Source of the DNA: a virus
Strand: one strand, 5' to 3'
Length of the DNA: 64,000 nt
Virus genome (UHGV): UHGV-0015805
Shown here: positions 17,032-25,897 of the stretch, in pieces
How positions within the stretch are numbered: the first letter of the stretch is position 1
Layout: the number at the start of each line of letters is the position of its first letter
Made by a program: the position numbers and the translations under genes
Notes under the pieces: model-generated
Told to the model about the DNA's origin: nothing
The model's database searches: none
What the model saw: only the letters and a program-made list of their open reading frames with translations

Positions 17032-19218
17032 ATGATTGATGTGAAATGTATTATAACAAGAAAGGTATATGATAGCGGTGAGGGCTATCGGGTCTATTCA
17101 TGCCGACCTGTCGAAGCAGAAAAGACCGATGAGCTTGAGCTGAATAAATACGGTGACTTTACACTTTCTATCAATCAGACCACATTTGCCATTGGAAACA
17201 CAATTCATGTTTGTGTTGAAAAGGACGAGCTTTCAAAATATCCCGGCTCATATAAGTTTGTATCCTATTACAACCAAATAGGCGCGGACATTTCGCCAGA
17301 AACAGCTAAACAAATAATGTGCAACTTTATGACAGAATCTCAGGCAATCAGCATTATTGATGCATATCCCGACTTTATTCGATTGATTCTCGATGATAAA
17401 ACCGATGAAATTGATATAAAAAAAATCTATGGCGTCGGCAAACATCGGTTGGCCCTTTATCAAAGAAAAATCAAAGAACATTGTAAGGAAATTGCATATG
17501 CCCCGATTTGTTATAGGTGGAACATTAAAGATATAAGGCTTGTTTCGGGCAGATTTGAAAGCCCACAAGAATTTGAGTCTGCGGTCAATTCTGCCCCATA
17601 TGCCGCATTGATTGATAAATGTGAGTGCGGCTTCACAGAAGCGGACAAAACAATCCTCAGAAACAATAGAGAATTGCGGTCGTCTGAAGAACGGTGCCTA
17701 TATGCTTGTTTGCATGAATTAAAACAAAATGAATTAAACGGCAGTACAATTATGTCAACCGCTGAACTTGCGCACATTATTTTTGATAAATATAATGCTT
17801 GTTACGATAAGTTGGTTGATGTTGTTAAGCGGTCGAGTAAGATTCATTATAATGATGCAAGCAAGTCCGTTGCCCGCGAATCAACATATCAGAGCGAACG
17901 GGCTGTTGCACAGATATTGCTTGAAAAAATAAAAAAACCGTCAAAACTCTATATTGAACTCGATAAATACAGAGAAATTGACGGGATTACATTGACAGAT
18001 GAGCAGTTAAGTGCGGTGGATATGGTCGCAAATAACAGCGTATGCATGCTGAATGGTTATAGCGGCTCTGGTAAATCGACAAGCACAAAGTCAATTGTTC
18101 GCATGCTTGAGGACTGTAACAAGACATATACATTGCTCGCCCCCACGGGGATTGCGTCTCGTGTGTTGTCCAAAGCAACTGGGCGTAAAGCCCAAACAAT
18201 ACATATGTTCCTTGCGACAAATGAAGAAGCGGGAGATTATGTATTGATAGACGAGTGCTCGATGCTACCGATTGATTTAGTCGCTACATTACTGCAATCC
18301 CCACAATTGAACAAAGACACCAACTTGATATTTGTCTGTGATAATGCGCAGTTATTATCAATTTCTTGCGGCAATTTTGTGCAGGATGTTATTGATAGTG
18401 GATTAATACCTCGTGTGTCGTTGTCTAAAATTTTTAGATACAAGACAAGCGGTATTATTACAGAAGTAACAGATGTACGAAATGGCGAACACAGCAATCT
18501 AACTAACGCATATGCGGACTATTCATTTGTCCAAATTGCGGACGAGCCAATGCAGCAAGTTTCTGCGGCTTATGATAAATTCTTGTCTATGGGGTATACA
18601 AAGGACGATATATTGCTTTTATGCCCCTACAACAAGTCTAAAATTGGCTCTACGGCGATTAACGCATATATGCAGGACAAGTATAATCCCTATGAAGAAA
18701 CGGGCTTCAAAGCGCAAAAAAATGGCATTAGAATGCATGACCGCGTAATCAACAAGAAAAACAATTATCATGTAATTGCCTGTTCGTGGTCTGAGGACGA
18801 GCAAGAATATGTGGACGGCGGGCAAATGTTTGTTGCCAACGGTGACATAGGAGAGGTAGTACAGTATCAAAACAACGACAACGAACAGTATTTAATTATT
18901 CGATTTGGCGACCGATATGCAAGATTTGAGCCGTCAGATATATTAAATCTGCAATTGGCGTACTGTATATCCTGTCATTCATCGCAGGGCTGTCAGGCAA
19001 AAGCGGTCATTTGTATATTTGACCGCATGCATCAAGCCCTTGTAACGCGCAATTTGCTCTATGTGGCGATGTCCCGGGCGCAAGAACAATTGTGTGTAAT
19101 CGGTGATTATAACACTATTGTTTGTGGGATTTCAAAGCAAGAAAATCTTGAAAGAAAAACTTTTTTGAAAAACATGTTGACAAATCCGCAAGAATATGAT
19201 ATTATATTGTCAATATGA
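17032..19218 (+). CDS. RecD-like (SF1) DNA helicase
   Basis: Walker A NGYSGSGKST, Walker B VLIDECSML, C-terminal CISCHSSQG (cf. TIHKSQG). Confidence 0.7.
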   Translation: MIDVKCIITRKVYDSGEGYRVYSCRPVEAEKTDELELNKYGDFTLSINQTTFAIGNTIHVCVEKDELSKYPGSYKFVSYYNQIGADISPETAKQIMCNFMTESQAISIIDAYPDFIRLILDDKTDEIDIKKIYGVGKHRLALYQRKIKEHCKEIAYAPICYRWNIKDIRLVSGRFESPQEFESAVNSAPYAALIDKCECGFTEADKTILRNNRELRSSEERCLYACLHELKQNELNGSTIMSTAELAHIIFDKYNACYDKLVDVVKRSSKIHYNDASKSVARESTYQSERAVAQILLEKIKKPSKLYIELDKYREIDGITLTDEQLSAVDMVANNSVCMLNGYSGSGKSTSTKSIVRMLEDCNKTYTLLAPTGIASRVLSKATGRKAQTIHMFLATNEEAGDYVLIDECSMLPIDLVATLLQSPQLNKDTNLIFVCDNAQLLSISCGNFVQDVIDSGLIPRVSLSKIFRYKTSGIITEVTDVRNGEHSNLTNAYADYSFVQIADEPMQQVSAAYDKFLSMGYTKDDILLLCPYNKSKIGSTAINAYMQDKYNPYEETGFKAQKNGIRMHDRVINKKNNYHVIACSWSEDEQEYVDGGQMFVANGDIGEVVQYQNNDNEQYLIIRFGDRYARFEPSDILNLQLAYCISCHSSQGCQAKAVICIFDRMHQALVTRNLLYVAMSRAQEQLCVIGDYNTIVCGISKQENLERKTFLKNMLTNPQEYDIILSI
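19177..19205 (+). promoter_or_regulatory. promoter-like element (TTGACA-17-TATTAT) in the 3' end of the helicase gene
   Basis: ttgacaaatccgcaagaatatgatattat. Confidence 0.4.
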
Positions 19219-19233
19219 AAGGAGGGTGCAGTT

Positions 19234-19548
19234 ATGAACTATGCCGACAAAGCGTTTGACAAAGCAAAATATTACAAGTACGAGCGAACAACAAACAGGG
19301 GCGAAAACAAATCGAGGAAAGACCGCGTTGTAAGAGAGCACTATACAGTGCATGAATCGGGAATGCGCAATCTTGCTGAGGCTATCCTTAAAAGTGCTAT
19401 TGTAGATGTGCAAGACAATAGCCTTCGGCTTAAAGCAGATGTCCGTGATTTTGCAATGGGCAAAGAAAAGATTTGGTGCAGGACATTATGCCAAATCAGC
19501 CATATTGACTACAATGCATATAAAGAGCGCGTTAAGGAATTGTTATGA
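19234..19548 (+). CDS. hypothetical protein
   Basis: RBS AAAGGAGGG. Confidence 0.4.
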   Translation: MNYADKAFDKAKYYKYERTTNRGENKSRKDRVVREHYTVHESGMRNLAEAILKSAIVDVQDNSLRLKADVRDFAMGKEKIWCRTLCQISHIDYNAYKERVKELL

Positions 19549-19751
19549 ATATGTATTACAGAATTTATTTAGGAGATTTCAAGAAGAATGATTTTCTTGT
19601 TATGTTCTCGTCGGACGAAAAGAGCAATAACCTAATTCCTCAAAAGGGCGAAATTTTGCAGATTGATGGTGAATTATATATCGTTAAATGCGTTCTGCAT
19701 GATTATGACCTTGAAGAAACAGATATTTTCGTTGATAGATATGAGGAGTGA
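19545..19751 (+). CDS. hypothetical protein
   Basis: ATGA overlap with the upstream gene. Confidence 0.35.
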   Translation: MNMYYRIYLGDFKKNDFLVMFSSDEKSNNLIPQKGEILQIDGELYIVKCVLHDYDLEETDIFVDRYEE

Positions 19752-19768
19752 GATAACTGGAAATTAAA

Positions 19769-20281
19769 ATGTTAAAACACCCGACCGATGAGGACTGGGC
19801 ATTTGTTAAGACCTGTGCATTAAACACAATTGGCAAGAAGGCAACAACATTGCCAACAGACGAATGGAAGAAAAAGATTCTACGGGCTGAGCACAGCCCA
19901 ATTCGGACTCTTTGGTTTGCATTTGAAATGCATATTCCATCGTGGGTGAGTGTGCATTATATCCGGCATAATGTTGGCTGCTCCCATTTTGTGCAATCAC
20001 AGCGAAATGACAGACAGTCCAATTATGACCGCAATAAAGCCCCACAGGACGCAGAAGTAAGCCATATCATGGTTGTTAATGCTCAGGCACTAATCAATAT
20101 GGCGCATAAACGGCTGTGTGGCGTAGCGGCAAACGAAACTCGCGCCGTCATGAGAGAAATTGTCAAGCTTGTATTGCAGACAAATCCCGAATTCAAAGAA
20201 ATGCTTGTTCCGCAATGTGTATACAAGAACGGCAAGTGTGATGAATTTTATCCATGTGGGTACAATGGCGGTCGAAACTAA
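19769..20281 (+). CDS. ThyX-like (flavin-dependent thymidylate synthase fold) protein, short, with altered active-site motif
   Basis: EHSPIRTLWFAFEMHIPSWVSVHYIRHNVGCSHFVQSQR aligns with ThyX HETPFEH...FRHR..SxxxSGRY. RHR is replaced by RHN; 170 aa against about 220. Confidence 0.45.
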   Translation: MLKHPTDEDWAFVKTCALNTIGKKATTLPTDEWKKKILRAEHSPIRTLWFAFEMHIPSWVSVHYIRHNVGCSHFVQSQRNDRQSNYDRNKAPQDAEVSHIMVVNAQALINMAHKRLCGVAANETRAVMREIVKLVLQTNPEFKEMLVPQCVYKNGKCDEFYPCGYNGGRN

Positions 20282-20291
20282 AATAAAAAAT

Positions 20292-20331
20292 GGGGAACAT
20301 TTAATAGCTTAATTGCTATCTTGTGTTCCCC
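20292..20331. terminator. bidirectional hairpin between convergent early (+) and late (-) transcription units
   Basis: ggggaaca ...24 nt... tgttcccc, flanked by A-run and T-rich sequence. Confidence 0.5.
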
Positions 20332-20340
20332 GTAATTATA

Positions 20341-21252
20341 TTAAGTTGAAGCGGAGGGCGTTGCCCAAGTCAATGTTCCGTCTGCTCCAACAGTTAATAC
20401 TTTGCCCGCATCTTCAGCAGTCCATGCAGGAAGTGCAACATAATTGTTTGTTTTGAGATATCCAATATCGATAGCGTCGTTATCGTCGGTTGGCCCTGCT
20501 GTCAACTTTAGCTTGCCAACCATTGTCCCGCCTGATTTAAGCAATGCGGATGCTTGAAGCGCATTTGTCTTTCCGTCAGAATATTCTTTGGTTACAGCAT
20601 GATTAGACGCAGTAGGCGCGCCAACACTAATTGCTACATACTCAGACTGCGTGTCTGCTTTAACAAATGCAGCAGTACCGTCTGTTGCGCCAGTCAATCT
20701 TGGTGCGTTTGTGCCTGTTGCCTCAATTGTTGCGCCGATATATAAAGGCGCCGGACCATCTGTGCTGATTTTATGAGCATTGATAATTGCATGCTCATTC
20801 ATGTTGAGGTCTGTGTCAATTAGCCCATCACTACCAAGCAAACTGTGGTCGTCTACATATTTCTTTGTAGCTGCGTCTTGGTCTGCCGTCGGGTCAAGTA
20901 GGTCTGTAATCTTGTGGTTGTTTAAGCTTGTCTCGGACTCAATTGCAAGACCTGTGTTGGTATTGCTAATCGAATGCACGCTGACGATAGACTTTCCATT
21001 CATGTTAAGATTGCCAGTCATGGGAACTGTACCGTCCGCCTTGAAATCACCGTTACTCCCGCCACCGCCTTGACTTGCTTGCTTAATCCATCCGCTACCT
21101 TCAGCATACTTATAAACATCGCCCGTGTCTATCTCATAGAACTCGTCGGCATTGTTTGCTTTAATGTCTGCCTTGTTATCCGTGCTAAGCCCGCAATATT
21201 CAGCATATCTTTTATTTTCATAAAATGCAGGACGCTCTAATGTAATCGCCAT
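20341..21252 (-). CDS. tail fibre / host-recognition-type structural protein
   Basis: Last gene of the late operon; shares an N-terminal domain with the adjacent ORF; Gly/Thr-rich. Confidence 0.4.
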   Translation of the reverse strand: MAITLERPAFYENKRYAEYCGLSTDNKADIKANNADEFYEIDTGDVYKYAEGSGWIKQASQGGGGSNGDFKADGTVPMTGNLNMNGKSIVSVHSISNTNTGLAIESETSLNNHKITDLLDPTADQDAATKKYVDDHSLLGSDGLIDTDLNMNEHAIINAHKISTDGPAPLYIGATIEATGTNAPRLTGATDGTAAFVKADTQSEYVAISVGAPTASNHAVTKEYSDGKTNALQASALLKSGGTMVGKLKLTAGPTDDNDAIDIGYLKTNNYVALPAWTAEDAGKVLTVGADGTLTWATPSAST

Positions 21253-21533
21253 TAAATCACCTCCAATGCATTTGGTTGTTCAACCCATTGCTTAGAATCG
21301 GCATCATAAAGAAAATATTTACTTGTATCAATTTCTTTGAATGCCGTTCCATTATCAACATTCTGCGGCTTCTCGTCCGTAGACAGCCCGCTGAATCTTG
21401 CGCATCTGGGCGGCTCATAATAAGCAGGGCGAATTAAAGTAATCAATAAATCGCCTCCTTGTAAATTGTAAAAATTAAAGAGCCCGCAATTAAGCAGGCT
21501 CTTTTTGATTGTTGAAAATCCACATACCAACAT
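21252..21533 (-). CDS. small protein paralogous to the N-terminal domain of 20341-21252
   Basis: LIRPAYYEPPRCARFSGLSTDEKP aligns with LERPAFYENKRYAEYCGLSTDNKA. Confidence 0.4.
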   Translation of the reverse strand: MLVCGFSTIKKSLLNCGLFNFYNLQGGDLLITLIRPAYYEPPRCARFSGLSTDEKPQNVDNGTAFKEIDTSKYFLYDADSKQWVEQPNALEVI

Positions 21534-22005
21534 ATGACGCGCAAAATTCGTTTATATCCGAATATGCATATTCCGTCATGTCATAATTGCCATAGAAAAT
21601 CGGCTCTTGCTCCTCGAACATTTGCAAATATCGTGCATCATTCGCAAGGTTGTTTTTCAGCGCGATATAATGCCCGTATTCATGACAAAGAGCAATAAGC
21701 ATGCGCTTTTCGGTCGATTCTTTTATGCGGATTTCTTTGTGCTTTGGTATAATCTCGCCGTCTTCGCGATAATGCGAAATAAACTTGATTTTGTATTCTG
21801 CCGTCAGTTCTGCATATTCATCATTGCCGACAAGCTGTTTGAATTGTTCAAGCGTCTTCGGCTTTTCTGTTGTCGATGGGAACAAGCTAATGATTGCTCC
21901 CGATACAAGGAACAGCACAAAGAATATTGCAAAGCTGATTAGAAATGTTTTACGCATTTTCTTTCTTATAGTAATACAATCCATTGTCGAGGAAATTAGA
22001 GCCAA
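21490..22005 (-). CDS. membrane-anchored HExxH metallopeptidase-like protein
   Basis: N-terminal TM helix FLISFAIFFVLFLVSGAIISLF; CHEYGHY (HExxH). Confidence 0.4.
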   Translation of the reverse strand: MALISSTMDCITIRKKMRKTFLISFAIFFVLFLVSGAIISLFPSTTEKPKTLEQFKQLVGNDEYAELTAEYKIKFISHYREDGEIIPKHKEIRIKESTEKRMLIALCHEYGHYIALKNNLANDARYLQMFEEQEPIFYGNYDMTEYAYSDINEFCASYVGMWIFNNQKEPA

Positions 22006-23578
22006 TTACAATTGTACCTGCCTTATTAACAGCCAAACTGTTAATTTTCACAGATGTTTGTTGGATTGACCAATTTATTCCGTCGTCACTTGCTGCAAAA
22101 TTATTCCCATAATGAGCGATAAATCTTCCATCAAAAAACACGCACGAGCCAAACGGGACTGTTGCATCAGCAGTTCCAGCAATGCTCCAATTCACACCAT
22201 CGCTGCTATATGCCACTTCTGTTCCGCTTCCTTTTATAACATAAACGCCATTTCCGTAAGAAATAAATGTAGACGAAGTGCGCAAAGTATAGGTGGTATA
22301 TTCAGGGAATGTTATCGTTGCAGTGTGAGCCGCCCAGTTGGTTGCATCTTCAGATATCCAAAACTTGTTTGTGCCATTTTCAAATAGAAAATACTTATCA
22401 TTCGCCAATCCGCCATACGCGTTTAGCACATCGATGGTGCTAAGCTTTGCGTTAAAGCGAGCTGAACTTATCAACGCACGCACAGGACGATAGCCGGAAA
22501 TCCAAGATGTAGAATTCGCAGACATATCGCCAGATATTGTAGTTGCATAATCTTCATATGCAACACTGTTTACTGGCGAGAGCCATGCAAAAGCGCCTGT
22601 TTGAATATTTTTTGAAAATCCACCAGTAATAGAGTAATAGGTCGTGCCAGATACATAATTTGACGTCCAAATTATACTAAGCTCTCGCTTGCCAACAGAC
22701 AACGCGCTCGGAGCATTAAGATGCACATCTGATTGCTTCTTGCCAGTATTTTCTATGTCCCAAGATTCTCCGTCTGTTGATTTTAAGTGATAAATACTAC
22801 TTACCGCTCCCGATATCGCAGGAATTGCAAGAACATGAAAAGAGTCATCTTCACTATCGATAACTGCATTCGTAAACTTTTGACTGTCGGTATCTATTTG
22901 CTGCGAGGTAAACGAAATCTTTTCATACTGCAATACAATATCATCGCTTGCGCTTGCAATAATCCCAATTTCTCCTGAAACCGCGTTAATTGTGATAACG
23001 CCGTCAGCATATGCCGTGCTTGTAATGTCCGCGCCGCCCATTGTCACGGTTACGGTTGCGCCATTCATTGTATATCCCGCTTCTGCGGTCAATGTTGCAG
23101 TATAAGCAGAACCCTTGCGCACGCTCGTTGCGCTGTTGCTGCTTGTGCAGTTTGTCAGCGTATTTGTGACGCTGTAAAAGATATTTGTATAATCTTCTAC
23201 ATTCGACGCATCGCTGTCTTGGAAATTTGTTCCAATAGCAGTTGCCTTAAATTGAAAGTCGCTCTCGGGCAATCCAACCGCAGTCAAATCAAGCTCTAAT
23301 TGGTCGGACGGCAGAGTCCCATACAATTCAAAATCGCCGCCATCAACGCTCACGTAGCCATTATATCCAGTTACAAAAGCGCCGTTATCGGTATTAGGAA
23401 TGATGGTTAATGTATCGCCAGTTATTTTGATTTCTGGCGCGTAGAGCTTTGGTTGTTCTCCTCCGCCGCCTTGGTTAAGAGGGCACAAAATCGGTCTGCC
23501 AAATTCGTCCTTGCGGATTTCATAATCTTCAGAATCTACAAGATATTCTCCGCCAGGGACCTTGAACAATTTGCCCAT
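21950..23578 (-). CDS. structural protein with BNR/sialidase-like repeats
   Basis: SSDGVNWS and SDDGINWS (SxDxGxxW BNR motifs). Confidence 0.45.
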   Translation of the reverse strand: MGKLFKVPGGEYLVDSEDYEIRKDEFGRPILCPLNQGGGGEQPKLYAPEIKITGDTLTIIPNTDNGAFVTGYNGYVSVDGGDFELYGTLPSDQLELDLTAVGLPESDFQFKATAIGTNFQDSDASNVEDYTNIFYSVTNTLTNCTSSNSATSVRKGSAYTATLTAEAGYTMNGATVTVTMGGADITSTAYADGVITINAVSGEIGIIASASDDIVLQYEKISFTSQQIDTDSQKFTNAVIDSEDDSFHVLAIPAISGAVSSIYHLKSTDGESWDIENTGKKQSDVHLNAPSALSVGKRELSIIWTSNYVSGTTYYSITGGFSKNIQTGAFAWLSPVNSVAYEDYATTISGDMSANSTSWISGYRPVRALISSARFNAKLSTIDVLNAYGGLANDKYFLFENGTNKFWISEDATNWAAHTATITFPEYTTYTLRTSSTFISYGNGVYVIKGSGTEVAYSSDGVNWSIAGTADATVPFGSCVFFDGRFIAHYGNNFAASDDGINWSIQQTSVKINSLAVNKAGTIVIGSNFLDNGLYYYKKENA

Positions 23579-23582
23579 CTAA

Positions 23583-25019
23583 TCACTCCTTTGCATATAA
23601 ATTAAATTCGAGCGTAAATGTTTTGTCATTTAACTTCTTATATTTTTGCGTTTTTATGTCAGAAAAATAAGACTTTGTATAAGCGTCCATTGTGTCGAAC
23701 GGTAGTCTTGATGCAGAGATACCGCCCATTTGCGATAGCATCGCCTGTATCTGCGCAATTGGAACGGACATAACCTCTGCGGTATCGTCTACTATCTGTA
23801 CAACAGACCAACCTGCGGGCAAATTCAAGTTGCCGTATGCCCACGTTGGATTTAATTGCTGTAAGAATGCGGACTGCAATGTCTGGGCAGAATCGCTCTT
23901 TGCGACCATCCCATCAAGAGTATTAAACAAGCCCAAGAAGAACTGACTTGTCACTCCATATGCAGGAATAACATTAAAGCATCCACAGGCATCTCCACCG
24001 TCGCCCTGATACATTACATATCCATTGTCCCACGTCGGCATAGAGCCAGTCGGGTCTTGCAAATTATATGCGGTTGTTACTGGGTCTCCATCTGCAACTG
24101 CGGGACCAAAAACATATGGCATACGAATCTTGTCTCCAATCACTACATTGTTTGAAGATTGTTTTTCGGTATACCATTTAATATAATCTCGTGGTTCCAT
24201 AAACAGAGGAGATCGGAAATTGTTACTCCATTCTGCGCTGTTTACACTACGCAATATTGCCGATTTTAACCCGGCGAATGTTTTCGCATCGCTTGTCTGA
24301 AAAGCAGGTATGTCACACACATGGTCGGAATCAACGAAATATGCCTTGCTCGCCCCACTGAACACATTGTTAAACTGCGTTACATAATTTGTCATTAAAT
24401 CCGAAGCGTATGAGTCTACTTGCGTTGCAACATCCGTCGATATGAAATTTATGTAAATTATCATATGCTCAAATCCATCGTCAGCCCAAGAGAAAGCCGC
24501 TGCAGGGCTATAAATTCTGCATTCCAACCTATCAGGCGTTGCAATAACAACGCCGTTTCCTGTCGCGTCTCCAAAGTCGCGCAACGCATTGTAATCTGCC
24601 CCTGAAGAAGATGCGTCTAACGTGCCCACAATTCTTTCCCCTGTAGCATTGTGGGCATAATATCCTTTTGCAAGTGTAGCTGGCGTTACAGTATCATAAG
24701 AAATATCAATCAATGTAACACCGTTCACTTCGACTTTAGAGACCGCGGCATCTGCCGTTGCCTGAAAAACCATAAGCGCCCAAAGTTCCTTAGTCGGCAA
24801 AGTGTCGAATGTCAATTTCTTAAACGCCGTATTGTTCCATGTCCCACTATCATATGCGAGAGTGCATGTGGAGCCATTGCAATATCCGAGATATCTTGCG
24901 GCATCTTCCTTCTGAACAAGCAGCTTGTCGAAATGTTGCCCGTTCGATGTGAACCCGATTTCAAAGCTTAGGCTCTCAGTTGTAAATGTCAGTCTGTCTT
25001 TCCAAGTCCAAGATAACAT
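23583..25019 (-). CDS. hypothetical structural protein
   Basis: 478-aa ORF in the tail-fibre region. Confidence 0.45.
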   Translation of the reverse strand: MLSWTWKDRLTFTTESLSFEIGFTSNGQHFDKLLVQKEDAARYLGYCNGSTCTLAYDSGTWNNTAFKKLTFDTLPTKELWALMVFQATADAAVSKVEVNGVTLIDISYDTVTPATLAKGYYAHNATGERIVGTLDASSSGADYNALRDFGDATGNGVVIATPDRLECRIYSPAAAFSWADDGFEHMIIYINFISTDVATQVDSYASDLMTNYVTQFNNVFSGASKAYFVDSDHVCDIPAFQTSDAKTFAGLKSAILRSVNSAEWSNNFRSPLFMEPRDYIKWYTEKQSSNNVVIGDKIRMPYVFGPAVADGDPVTTAYNLQDPTGSMPTWDNGYVMYQGDGGDACGCFNVIPAYGVTSQFFLGLFNTLDGMVAKSDSAQTLQSAFLQQLNPTWAYGNLNLPAGWSVVQIVDDTAEVMSVPIAQIQAMLSQMGGISASRLPFDTMDAYTKSYFSDIKTQKYKKLNDKTFTLEFNLYAKE

Positions 25020-25032
25020 TTAATCGCCCCTC

Positions 25033-25533
25033 TCACATGGTAATTGTGGCAGTAAGTCCGCCACCATCATTTATAGATTCTGAGTACGATGCGGAAGAGC
25101 CTGCCTCTAATGTGCCTGCAACTCCAAGCACGGTAACGCCCTGCCTAATATTTGCCGGAATAATCTTGGCAGATTCAGTATCCGTAATTTTTGCAGTTCC
25201 GCCTGAATAATATCCCTCTGCGACCGATTTTGCAGACAGGTCGGATATTTCAATGTTTGCCTCGCCGTTGTTCGGCAAAGAGCCATATAATTTCCGCCCC
25301 TTTGAATATGCGGTCTTGTTCACGAGAATATCAAGGTCCGTTGCGGTTGCGTCATTGGTATTTGTGAGAGACTCAATCCCAGAAACATATTCGTCAGGGA
25401 ACGAGATGAGAGTTACGCCGCCAGTTTTTTGGCGAATAGCAGTAGCGACCTTAGAAAGGTCAACACTATCGACTAAATATTCTGCCATCAGAAACTCACC
25501 CCATTTGCATTGGGCACAGTAGCCGCAGACCAA
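25033..25533 (-). CDS. hypothetical (fibre-associated) protein
   Basis: ORF; start ambiguous. Confidence 0.3.
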   Translation of the reverse strand: MVCGYCAQCKWGEFLMAEYLVDSVDLSKVATAIRQKTGGVTLISFPDEYVSGIESLTNTNDATATDLDILVNKTAYSKGRKLYGSLPNNGEANIEISDLSAKSVAEGYYSGGTAKITDTESAKIIPANIRQGVTVLGVAGTLEAGSSASYSESINDGGGLTATITM

Positions 25534-25826
25534 ACGCCGTCTACTACGCGCAAAAACTTGCCGTTGTCTGCGGCTGTCACAGCAACAGCAGACATAGCAG
25601 ACACATCCGACGCCGATAATGTAACAGCGCCCGTCTTATTGTTTACGCTTGCAACGGGGGCGCTTGTTAAATAGTCTGTCCCAGCAACAGCAGAAGAGAT
25701 GTTGCCGTTTCCATCACCTTTAAGCAAGCCAGAGACAACAACCTTGTCCTGTTTTGCATCAACATCTTGTTTCCGCGGAATTGATAAAGCATCAACATAT
25801 AAAGATAAGTTTTTCAAAATTATCAT
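25488..25826 (-). CDS. hypothetical protein
   Basis: ORF. Confidence 0.3.
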   Translation of the reverse strand: MIILKNLSLYVDALSIPRKQDVDAKQDKVVVSGLLKGDGNGNISSAVAGTDYLTSAPVASVNNKTGAVTLSASDVSAMSAVAVTAADNGKFLRVVDGVWSAATVPNANGVSF

Positions 25827-25897
25827 CTCCTTGCTTGTTTAAGAAAGTGCACCCCGCCCCGTTGTAAAGACGGGATGCAATAACATTGTTTGTTAAA

